From Catajapyx aquilonaris (Eukaryota), in NCBI GenBank assembly GCA_000934665.2, contig KZ537963.1, positions 62,001-126,000 on the forward strand: a DNA stretch of 64,000 nt, read 5' to 3'. The position numbers and the translations under genes are program-made. Under the pieces are notes generated by a model. That model was given only the letters and a program-made list of their open reading frames with translations, made no database searches and was not told the origin of the DNA. Of this stretch, positions 15,001 through 26,100 are shown piece by piece. How positions within the stretch are numbered: position 1 is the first letter of the stretch; each line of letters begins with the position of its first letter.

Positions 15001-16018
15001 AAGGGCCAAAATCTGTAACTCTCTGCGGAGTAGCAGCATGTCCATTATTGAAATTACAGTGTGTCTGCTGCCTCTGACTTCGTAATTGCACAAGGTGCAC
15101 ATACAGTGTTACAATCATGTCATGTTAAATAATTGCTACACTGTATGAAGCCAACTTACTGAAGTTCAAAATATGTGCATACATTGTGAGTTTTATGTCC
15201 TGCAGGCTACATATAGGGTTTCTGAGTGCCACACACAAAATAAAGTTCATGTTTAAATATTTGTTTAAAAGTTTAGTTCATCTAATTCCATGAACATGAA
15301 TTGTCTTGATAGCATACAGCTTTGCCTCTCTCCCACGGAGTTTGAACCAGCAGTAAAAGGCTGAACACGTACACCCCCAGTCATTTATTTGCCTGGAAAC
15401 GGGGCGGACGAAATAACAATAATGTTAGTTCCAATCTAGGTTTCCTGTGGCCAGGTGACCGCTACATCTTGCTTGACATAAAGTACCTACTATGAGGCCG
15501 GGGTCTAACCTGCAGGAATCTCTGATTTCCTAACGCCCACTCCAGCCCAGCACGCTGTACTATCCCATCAGGGACCTGAAGAAGAAAAAGAAAAAAGGAG
15601 GAGGAGGAGGAGGGGAGGAAAAAAAAGTTATTTCCGGACCAGGATTGTGTCTCTTCTGCATGTAATGCCGATTGAGGCCTCCGTCCTGGATGTGATTGGA
15701 ATACACAATAAGCACTCAAAAAGAGGGGACGTTGGGAGAGTTTCTTGTATTCTGGGCCCAAGCTTCTTGCAACGCCCCAACGGCACTCAAACCGTCTCAT
15801 CAGTTTGTATATCCGCAAGGAGGGGGGGGGGGGAAGAAGCCGATTTTTGGGGGTTTTTTTAGGTAGGAAGTGGCAGGTCTGGATTTTTTTGGAAACCTCC
15901 ATTTTTGTGTATGGTCAACTGTGTGATTGTCAATGTGGGTGTATTGTTAGGAACCACATAATTATTGCTTCCACACATGCTGCACTCATAAAGTGCGATA
16001 CACCAGTCAAATTTTTAA

Positions 16019-16502
16019 TGCACTCTCTAAAAAAAATCTAGTTAAAACTCAAAAAGGAGCAGTTTCGCAAAATGCTTTTTTAAAGTGAATTTACCTCAGC
16101 AGAAATTTACTTTAACTCAAATCGAGTGGAATAGTACTCTTTCATTGAGTGAAATAATTACTCATTGTGAGTGAAAATATTACTCATTGTGAGTGAAATT
16201 ATTACTCATTGTGAGTGAAATTATTACTCATTGTGAGTGAAATTATTACTCATTGTGAGTGAAATTATTACTCATTGTGAGTGAAATTATTACTCATTGT
16301 GAGTGAAATTATTACTCATTGTGAGTGAAATTATTAGGCCTACTCACTGTGAGTGAAATTATTAGGCCTACTCATTCTGTGTGAAAATCACTCAAGAGAT
16401 CGAGTGAGTTTCACTCAAACGAATGGAATTCAAATCAAGTTGAAGAAATAGTGAAAATCACTCAAAATGAGTGGGAAAATACTCGAAAACATTTAGAGTG
16501 CA
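16019..16502. mobile_element. Non-autonomous DNA transposon with (TG)CACTC termini and an internal minisatellite (CACTA/EnSpm-like or Foldback-like)
   Basis: TGCACTCTCTAAA at the left end and TTTAGAGTGCA at the right, each flanked by AA (possible 2-bp TSD); interior filled with GAGT/ACTC motif repeats. Confidence 0.55.
16147..16378. repeat. 22-bp minisatellite (GAGTGAAATTATTACTCATTGT)x8 plus two 28-bp variants
   Basis: Units start at 16147, 16169, 16191, 16213, 16235, 16257, 16279 and 16301; variants with a GGCCTA insertion start at 16323 and 16351. Confidence 0.95.
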
Positions 16503-19500
16503 AATTGTGGGGACCGTCTGAAACACACTGCTAATTTATTTATTTTTGGTAGAATTTATCAGCCGACTTGCACAGATTTTACTGTCTGCTAATTAAACAC
16601 AAAATCCCTAATCACACGGTACGTCCTCTCGGATTTGCATCTGCATTACAATTTTGCAGCCTAACACTCTCTTACTTTAAGCACAAAAGCAAATATCTTC
16701 CAAGCAAAAATGGAGCTCCCCCCCCCCCCCCNAAATGGGCCCCCCCCCCCCCCCCGGAGGCTCTCAAAAACTCCTCTATTTATGTTTAGTCACACGCCCG
16801 ACTGAGTCCACAAACTTTTTGCTTATAAAGTGACCGGAACCTCTCTCACACAATTTTTTTTTAAATCCTATATATATTCCTTCAATTTACTCTCTTTACA
16901 AAAAGAGGAGAAAACTCCATAATTAAAACCCCCCCCAAAACTTTCTCTCTCTTCAAGCCCCTTGCTCTCTAGCCCTCCGAAGAATTCCATTTTTGTTCTT
17001 TGATAAGGAGCTGGTCCTAAGCTATTGTTTGAACTTCCCTCAGCTTTCTCCCTTGATAGGACGGACCAGCCTTTTCTTCTCCAAACTCCTTATTGTCAAA
17101 GCCACTTCCCATTCGGATTCTCATCTCCACTTCTGCAGCTTTGCCCCGCCAGGAATTAATTATAATTAGGAATAATCTAGCCCCCCTCCCTGGTACAGTG
17201 TGTACTGTGAAAAAGCCTGACTTTTGGGAGAATATTTTAATTAAACTCTGGCTTATCTCCACCATTTTTTTAAACCAGTACCGGTTGTCTATTCAGCCGG
17301 TTGGAATACATGTCGCTTGTCTCCAATAAAAGCTGGGCATGCTTACAAAAAAATGGTGGAAGCACCAGAGCCCCCTATAATTGTGTTTGCTTTGGAAGAT
17401 TACTGGCAGAAAAATTAAATAGGAGGCTGGGAAACTGCTGGGCGTTGGAAGCTCAATCCTGAACATTAATAAAAAGTTTTATAAACTGACGTGGGATTTA
17501 TCTTTTGGTTTTTTTTTTTTTTTGGTAAACACGAGTGGTCCGAGCGGATTAAACCTGCGCTGGCCAAACGATTGTCAGTTCATGATCGATACCCAACTTA
17601 TATGGGTAGGACGTGTAATACTGTTGTTTCGACAGCTCATGCAACAATATCAAATGGCTGTGCTAAGGCTGCCTGAAAATGGTACAGCTCCTGTCAAATG
17701 AAATCAGCCCCACCAGTTGGCGAAAATCACGCTCCCTGTAATTGGATCCCATTCATCACAGATCTGTCGAAGAGGTCAAAAGGTCAGTCTGAAAAAGAAA
17801 GAAAAAAAAGTTGGCATATCCGGGTATTGGTTCATTCCCAAGTGTCGGTCATCAGGTGTCTTTGCTAATGGACATAGACTCCTCCAATCCGGAGGGCCTC
17901 CAAAATGAAGAATGAATGGTTTTGCTCCTGCTCATCAAGGGACCGTGAGATTAATCTGGCGTGATGGAGCAGCATCCAAGGGAAGAGGGAAGGGAGAGGA
18001 TGATTGGCAAAAATCACCTGAGGTTGCTCAGTACCAAGCAACGCCTGTATTGTACGTCACTAAAAAAATAACGTGTGCCAAAATTCTGCATACATTTTAG
18101 TTGTAGTGTGCGCCAAAAATTCATTTACTTTCCTATTGGAACCAACAATGAAATAGTTAATCATAAATAAACATGACGCTAATTTCCCGTGGGAACTAAT
18201 TTGGTTCCAAAAGAATAATAAAAAGTCGCAGATCTGAAAATAACGAGGTCGAGTCAGCAAAGAGCAGGCTAATCCAGTTAGCAAAATTAATGTGTCCAAA
18301 AAAGTTGTTCGCTAACATAAGTCCGGCAGGTGCTTGCATCAAACTAATTTTTTTTTAAACTACTTTTTTTTCCTCTATAAAATAGGAAGAGTGTGTGTGG
18401 TCGGAAGGGCAGGTTGGGCGGAAAATTACTTCCTTCTGGCTCTGAAGTTGGGCTCCTTCCCTTTGAATGGCGTTTAGGCATTCGGATCACTTAATTAGAG
18501 AGGACTTGCATAGTTAGCGGGCCTCATTAATATCTCCGCCAGCTGACGGGGAGAGAAGAGAAGAGAGAAAGCAAGGAACGAATTCGCTCTTTGCATTGAA
18601 TTAAGATTGCTAGGTCGAAGTCTAAAGGACTTTTGGAGTGAATGTGGATTTGGGACAGACTGATGGGAAAATTTCCAGGCTGTAAATTATTAATTTTGCG
18701 CACTCCAGTAGTCGCATAGAACATTCCCTTCCCCCCTTACATTCAGGACGTTTTACATTTTACAGGCAGGCCTCTGCGTCATCATTTCGTCGTAAATATG
18801 AAGTGACCTGATTCTGGCACTAATATTTTCAGCTCCGTGATATACAGGCCTACTAAAAGGTCTACTAGACAGAGGAGGTGTTGGGAAAAGGGCTGTGCAG
18901 GCTCTCCCTGGGAAGCTATTTGATTTTGAATAACAAAACAATTTTTTTTGAGGGATGGTGCATTGGTTAATGAGCTTTATGGATAGAGCATGAAATATTT
19001 TAGCTGATATAGCAACTCACAGTTCGTCGCGTGTAAAATGTACGATGATTTAGAACGACGAATCTAGGCCAAGTAAAATTGTGTCATTGAATTGTATGAG
19101 TGAGAGCTCATCTAGATTAATGAAACTAGCCAGTCCAGCCTCTGGAAGAGAGCCATTAGGATTACACTTGCTGTTGCAAATTATATCATGTACGGCCTGT
19201 GAACTTTATTATGCCTCACGAGCAAGTTTGTGCTAATTGGACATACCTACAGTAATGCATGTAGCAAGTGCACATAATTTTCCTGTATTTTTTTTGCAGG
19301 TCTATATACACAATTTTGTCATAACACATGCATACTATTCTGGCCTTTCGTTCTCATTCGCTGCATTTACAGTACACGTTATACCCTGTCAGACCTGCAC
19401 TAGCAATATTTTTCATTACGTACTCAGTTGATATTCTTGTCCCTGCTGGCAAGTTCATATTTCATCCCTCCCCAGCATTCCATTCATTCCAACTTGATCT

Positions 19501-20656
19501 CACCCCCCCCCCCCTCTTTTTTTCATCCGTATAGTCCGAAGCTCTGTCTTTTGAGCGCGCAAGATCATAACCTGAAATATGCCGGCATTCCAAAAGGCAG
19601 AGAAGAAAATCAACGCGGAGAAGCAAGCAAGATTCATTTGCCACCCATGAGAATCCCCCTACCGAGAAACCCACCCCCTTATCTCCTACAAAATAATGAA
19701 TTCATTCTCTTCCTTCCCCACCCTTCTATCTCCATCACCCCTTTCTCCTTATTATTATTGTCCCAGCAGCTTCTCTTATTATGGTCGCAGTCCGCAAAAC
19801 TGCGAGGGTCTCAACCACTACCATTTCTAATATACGTATATTAAAATTAAATTGAAGCCAGGTAAAGGTACTCTTCTACGTTGCTTTTCATCCTTGCAAA
19901 ATACTTTGATTCAATTAACCATGAGGATGATGAGTACGTGTGTACTATAGTAAAGTGTATACTGTAGTATCATCAGATTGACAAAAAGGTCTAAGGTAGG
20001 AAAATAATGAGGGTCGTTGGTAGTTGTTGTGAAGTGGTCTCCAAAAGTTTTATACGACAGCCTCCCGTCTTCTGGAGTCTCTACAGGCGAGTAATTGATT
20101 TGTTGGATGAAGATGAGTCCGGACCCTGCAGCACGCCATAAGAAAAACTTGACTCCGAGAGGACACATAAGTTGTATTCTTTGAGAGGCGGAAGCAGACA
20201 CTTAGCTACTTAATTATACTTGATTAGCTCTATCCTGCCTGTGTTCCGGAGACAGGCTCTTGTTTGCCCAAAGTCAGCTTTAAGCTCCTCAAATGAAGCT
20301 ATGGGGTCCCAGAGTTTCTCCCATGCAAAATGAAGCCTGATGCCCCCACCCCCAAACTTAAATGATAGGTTCAGCCCCAGGTTTCTGCTAATCTCGACTC
20401 GAAAGGAAGAATTGCTACTCGCGGGGGAGGTAATAATTACTTTGCTTCACTTTCCTTCCCTGCCCTACTTTCGCAAGACTTGTTGATACCTTCCAGGGTC
20501 AAACGGGGGTGCATCGATTCCTCATTTTTGTTTGAAATTAATTTTTAACTTATTTAAGGAAAAGATAGGCCCATGTGTTATTGAATAAGTTGACGTAACA
20601 AGGCCATTTTTGTCGCCTGCTGTGTCTGCCATATTATCATCTGACAGATGGTCAAG

Positions 20657-20853
20657 TTAGGTTGGGTTAGGTTAGGTTAGGATAGGTTAGGATAGGTTAG
20701 GATAGGTTAGGTTAGGTTAGGATAGGTTTGGATAGGTTAGAACCTAACCTATCCTATCCTCACCTAACCTAACCTAACCTGGTTAGGTTAGGTTAGGATA
20801 GGATAGGTTAGGTTGGGTTAGGTTAGGTTAGGTAAGGCAAGGTAAGTTAGGTT
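20657..20853. repeat. Interstitial (TTAGG/ATAGG)n tract with an inverted (AACCT)n core at 20741-20780
   Basis: Pentamer repeats visible directly; the orientation switches twice. Confidence 0.9.
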
Positions 20854-22100
20854 ATGGAACCGTATTTTCCACGAGTCACCGAACAAAACCGAACCAGGAA
20901 TATCAAACAAAAATTGTCAAAAAAAAATCCCAACCAAATTTTCTCCAGCGTCCTGCATACATTTTTGGGCGAACACAGTTCCCACAGTTTTGTGGCACTG
21001 GACGAAGAAACTTTGTGCGGAGGACGCGACGCGACGGTTAGAAAGTTGGCGTCGTCGTCGTCGTCGTCGGAGAACTACCCCCTCCTCCAGATTTCCAATT
21101 TGAGGAGACAGGGAAGGAAACTGGCCAGATGTCAGCTTGTTCTTTCCCCTCGGAACTTGAGGAATGTGATTATCCGCCTGCCTCATGTTCCTCACCAAAG
21201 GCGACGGAGAGCTTCTGGCTGACATTTTCTCGCTCGCACCGCTGTCCCCTGTGTGTGTCCCGGGTACCAAATCGCTTGAGGACAACCGACATGTAAACGC
21301 TGGTATAGCTAAGTTCACAAAGGCTACTCCAATTGGTTGAAAAACATTTTTTTAACGAAACTACAGCATTGAAACACACTTTTTTGTGTGTAAAAATTAC
21401 AATAGAGACTCTTGAATTTTTGCGGCTACTAGTGCAGGAGGTACGCCCAAAAAAAGCGGAAAATCGTGATAGAAGCAAGCCGCTTTGCGGGATTGTAGTT
21501 TAGAGCAAAATAATTGCGATTTTGCCCGTGACGCCATCTTTTTCGTCCCTTAGGACCCAAGATGGCGGCCGGTTTTCAAAAAACGTAAAAAATTCTGTAA
21601 AAATGCGGAAAATTACTATAACGACAAGCCACTTTGTAAGAATATTGTCTACACACCAAGGACCGATTTCCCCCGTAGCGCCATCTTTTTAAACCCTTAG
21701 ATCTAAGATGGCGGCCGATTTTCCAAAATGGCGGGAAAATTTGAAAATAATCTTACTTAGTCGTGTAAGGTGTCGTTTATGTGAAATTATGTGCTTCTGA
21801 AACTAAATCAACCATCGTGAAATGGATCCAATCTACCATTACGGCTCCATCGACAGCATTTAAAAAAAACTTAGGCCTACTGCAAATTGGGAGAAGTCTG
21901 TGCTGCCTCAAAATAAAAACTTCTTGGGTATGGCATTAATTTCCGACTACCGTACTCATGGCATTTATTTCCGACTACTCTTGGCATTTAGAGGCTTAAT
22001 GTGACATCAGCAAAAGTTGTTTGAAGGAATTTAATCTCCTTAATTTAATTTAATTCACCTTATAATAAACACAAACACCCACACACACCCACTCACTCTT

Positions 22101-22447
22101 GTCTTGACTAAGGCGTGGGGACGGACATTGATCACTTTTCACTGCGAGTGTAAACTGATCTAACCTAACCTAACCTAACCTAACCTAACCTAACCTAACC
22201 TAACCTACCCTATCCTACCTAACCTACCCTACCCTAAGTAACCTAGGCTGAGAAAAATTGACTTTTGTGAAACCCTACAAATGAAAATAGTGGGGACATG
22301 TCCCCACTAATTTACACATGTCCCCACTGTAATGGTACACTTCGCGTGTGTGAGACTGTGGGGACCGACAAATGTCCCCACAATTGGAACTGGTCCCCAC
22401 AGCTACAGTAAAACCACAGACTTCCGTCCCCAGACCTTAGTCAAGAC
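22101..22447. mobile_element. Small inverted-repeat element nested in the Academ element, carrying an (AACCT)n tract
   Basis: GTCTTGACTAAGG..TGGGGACG matches the reverse complement of CGTCCCCA..CCTTAGTCAAGAC; internal GTGGGGAC/GTCCCCAC palindromic motifs; preceded by a CA-rich tract. Confidence 0.6.
22160..22245. repeat. (AACCT)n, equivalent to (TTAGG)n, interstitial telomere-like microsatellite
   Basis: Run of ctaac units with a degenerate 3' part. Confidence 0.9.
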
Positions 22448-22605
22448 CTGATCAGGCACCCAGGCTTTATATTCATGTGTCCCCTGGGGAAGTCTTGATT
22501 TTCCTTTTCATGAGTCCTGGACCAATAAATCATTATTTAATCCGCAGTTTGTATTGCCATGTGTCAATATAGATAAACGTACGTTCCGACCTTTTGTTTG
22601 AACAT

Positions 22606-23115
22606 TCACCCTTGCAGTTCTTGCAGCCAGGTGTGCAAAGCAGCTGAGCTGCATGGCAGGGGCACCGAAGGGTTTGGCAAGGCTCTCCTGCATTTGCACA
22701 GATCTAGACCTCTGCATGACTCCCAAATGCTTGGGAGGGTGGTCCATATGAGCTCCCATCCACTTGATTGTAAGGTCCTCCCCGATGACGAGGGATCCGG
22801 AGGAGGATCTCCATGAAAGATGAAGAGACCTGCCCGGCTGCCCCACACCTGACCAGCCTGGTATGCTGCTCGTAGCAAATGCTGATGGAGTGCATCTGAA
22901 GTTGGCGGCATCAGGTAGAGGGGTTTGTTCTCCCCGACGAACATATCCCTCCTGAGCATGTCCACGCTTGTGTGCCTACACTTTCCACCGTACATAATCG
23001 CAGTAAAATGTTCTAGTGCATGAATGGTATTTGCAGACAGTTTGTCAGTATAATTATAGTCCCGATAGCTTGAAATGCTTCAGTGGCTTATTCCCCAGAC
23101 GCTCTCCATGCCCTG
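22606..23115 (-). pseudogene. Degenerate C-terminal fragment of an Academ-type transposase (post-XPG region plus Cys-rich CXC-like end)
   Basis: TEAFQAIG / LEHFTAIMYG..SVDMLRRDMF....LMPPTSDALHQHLLRAAYQAGQVWG...GWELIWTTLP..WESC..L..CKC, with an in-frame stop and a frameshift upstream of 22995. Family assigned from recalled motifs, not from a search. Confidence 0.7.
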
Positions 23116-26100
23116 AATTATAAGTAAGATTATTTTCAAATTTTCTCGCCATTTTGGAAAATCGGCCGCCATCTTGGATCTAAGGGTTAAAAAAGATGGC
23201 GCTACGGGGGAAATCGGTCCTTGGTGTGTAGACAATATTCCTACAAAGTGGCTTGTCGTTATAGTAATTTGCCGCATTTTTACAGAATTTTTTACGTTTT
23301 TTGAAAACCGGCCGCCATCTTGGGTCCTAAGGGGCGAAAAAGATGGCGCCACGGGCAAAATAGCTTATTTTAGTCTAAACTACAATCCTGCAAAGCGGTT
23401 TGCTTTTATCACGATTTGCCGCTTTTTTATGGAATCTCGAACGTACCGCCTCCACTATACTGCCTGAAGCACTGGACACATAACGAGTACAGCACACAAA
23501 CCCGGAAGTAAGGTGTAAAACCAGTTACAAGCAGACGCGTTACTATTGACCGATCATGACAGCAAATTGCGGTTTCATTTTTCCTGGAATCCGAGTCTGC
23601 AATATCAGCTTTCCCGTTCGGCGGACGGCTGAATGGTAACTCAATCTTGGCTACTAATATGACGCAGCATGCAGGGTTCTTTATGTGATCAGGACAGAAG
23701 ATACGAGCCACGTCAATTCCAACCTAAATAACCCACCGCTGATTTTTGTTCCAATATATCCAGATAACATAGATTAAAATCATCGCGTGTTTTGACCTAA
23801 TATCCAATCCCATGTAGGTAGAATCACTTTTTTTTGGAACAATAACGCTAAATTACATGTTTCATTCCATGATTTTGATTTGTAGCAGTTTATCACGTTT
23901 GTCTTCCACCAGACTTTAACATGCCACAACTTTTTTTGGGAATACAAAATCAACATCTAAACAGGCGTTGACATTAAGGTAATTTCGCAAAAAGGTCTAC
24001 TTCACACCCACTTTTTTTCGCACTCTCTGAGACCCCCTAAAAGCGGCCATGTTGGCTGACAGCATGATGGATCCCAGAGCCTGATTCTGAAGGATTGTGG
24101 CGGATATTTCACCTGCCAGGCCTTGCAGCCGATAAAATTAGCCGGAATGAGGTGGCACCTAAAAATTTCGCCTCCTCTTTTTTGGAAGCAGTCCCCCCTC
24201 CCCTCCCCCCCCCAAAAAAAAACCCCCCCATGCTTCTGTTTGCACTTTTCGTGCGTATCTGCTCTCATTAAAGTGCAGTAGATCTGCTGGGCCTGGAGGA
24301 TAAAACGTGTATAGAAGCCCCCATTCTCATCATAACCTGGGAGTTGGATCCCTCGTTCCTTTATGGGGACCGTATTATCATGAAAATGATGAAACAGCTT
24401 GTGCTTTTTTTTGGCCAGAAGATCTTTAAGGGAAGTCGATCAGCGGAGTTTGATTTTCGATTTACGGCCTTAGGGGCAAGGCGAGAGAGGGATTATGTGT
24501 GATCCTTAGTGCTGAGCCAGTATGTGCTTCAAGCTTGTAGCGGTGACTTTATTTGAGGAAGTCAGCCGTTAACCTCCTTTTTTTTATGCCAACGGTTAAT
24601 TCAAGCACGAAATTTTTCAATCGGGCTCCGTCAGAAAATTCCGGTTTTCCCCTCCGACACAACAATGCATAATCTTCAATAATAAATATCCGGAGCTTTA
24701 CATAACTCAGTCAACGACACTCGATAAAAGAAAGGGAGGAAGGTGGCTGGGCTGCCTAATTCAATCCCATGATTTGCATCTATATTAAAAATTATCTGAC
24801 GAGACACAAGTGCGCACCCAAAATGCTCCTATCATGAGAAAGTAACATACTGTCTCATTTTTTTTACGGCATAAAAACGCATTCACTCATCATCTATGTG
24901 CATTTAGTTACTACAACTACCGCATGGTGGGAGTAGTGTGAAGAAGGTGAGAGCGCCATCTGGGCAGTGTTGCCAAATTTAGACAACTGGTTCACTATTA
25001 GTTTAATTGCTTTCGTCCCATTTTTTAGCCCAAGTTGCATTTTTTTTTTTTTTGCAGATTTCCTATGATGTAATCAAACTCTGCTTGTAAAAATGGGAAG
25101 GATATTAGTCCTTCCTTTGAGTGCAAATGAAATGGCCTCCCCCATACCCTAATCCCACTTTGTGGCCGCCATTTTGGCCGATGTGTGTGTGCACAAAGAA
25201 TTTTTCATCCTGTTTCACTCCCTCGCCCGCTGGGAAAGGAATTGTTTGAAATCTACGGCAAAGTTGGCCCAAAGTTGTTTTTTTAACTTGTAAAAAAAGA
25301 CGGGAGACTTTTATAGGCCCCTGGATTTTCATGAGTGGTGGATATAACGCCTCGGAGGAAATCCTTGCAAAAAAAAATAGCATAGAAAAAAAAATCGTTT
25401 GATCTTGAAATCCTCATTAGAACCTGTAAATAATAGTCGGTTTTGCGGGCGTTGTGCGGGGGGGCTAAAATCATTACTGATTAAATGAGTTTAGATGTGC
25501 ATAATTAATTTGTGACATTCAGGTGCTATTTTCCCTCCACAGCACATGAGTTATTATAAATGACATCGAAGCGTGCACATCCAAGCATAAATGGCCACCC
25601 TAATTACATATCGGTCCTCGTATGTAAAATCCGGCCTCATTCTGTTGTCATTTTGATTATTATTTCGTCGCTATAACTTTCACCGCGGCGGATAATTTTT
25701 GTAAATCCACTTTAAATAACCTCCACATTATTTGCGCTGTCAATTTGCATACTTTTTTTCGGTACGAATCAAATTGTTGGCCATTGCTGTCCAACTGTCC
25801 GCTAATTCCCAACTACTTTGCTGGTAAAGTTTTAGCCAAAAAAGTACCGGAGGGGGGAACACTTGCTGCACTGCTGACAACTCCAAGTCTAATATTTGCT
25901 TTGCGGATTTGCTTAACAATTCATCTTAATGGTTTTTGGTGGGTAGGACCCCCCGGAGAACAACCCTCCCCCCCTCTGGTAATTATGAGTCGCATGCGAG
26001 TCGCGTGTGGACGCCTCCAACGACGTGAAATATTTGCCAATGCTTTTTCCTGGCCCGGAACACTATTTGCATTGGACCCACCTTGCTTTGTGCTCACGCT

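Larger units (their letters stand above)
21430..23457. mobile_element. Non-autonomous Academ-like (AcademX) DNA transposon, both ends present
   Basis: About 330-bp terminal inverted repeats (21430-21759 and 23121-23457) beginning TAGTG and ending CACTA; 3-bp TSD TAC on both sides (21427-21429, 23458-23460); internal decayed transposase fragment. Confidence 0.85.

Noticed and set aside
16147..16378. Regular short repeats resembling a CRISPR array
   Set aside because: Units are directly tandem with no unique spacers, there are no cas genes, and the context is eukaryotic.
16705..16755. Short duplicated AAATGG..GC-poly(C) around an N (other Ns at 38850 and 53366)
   Set aside because: Ns inside C/G homopolymers indicate sequencing or assembly uncertainty rather than biology.
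20854..21478. ORFs with poly-Ser/poly-Arg runs next to the TTAGG tract
   Set aside because: The runs derive from a (GTC)n microsatellite; no recognisable protein family.
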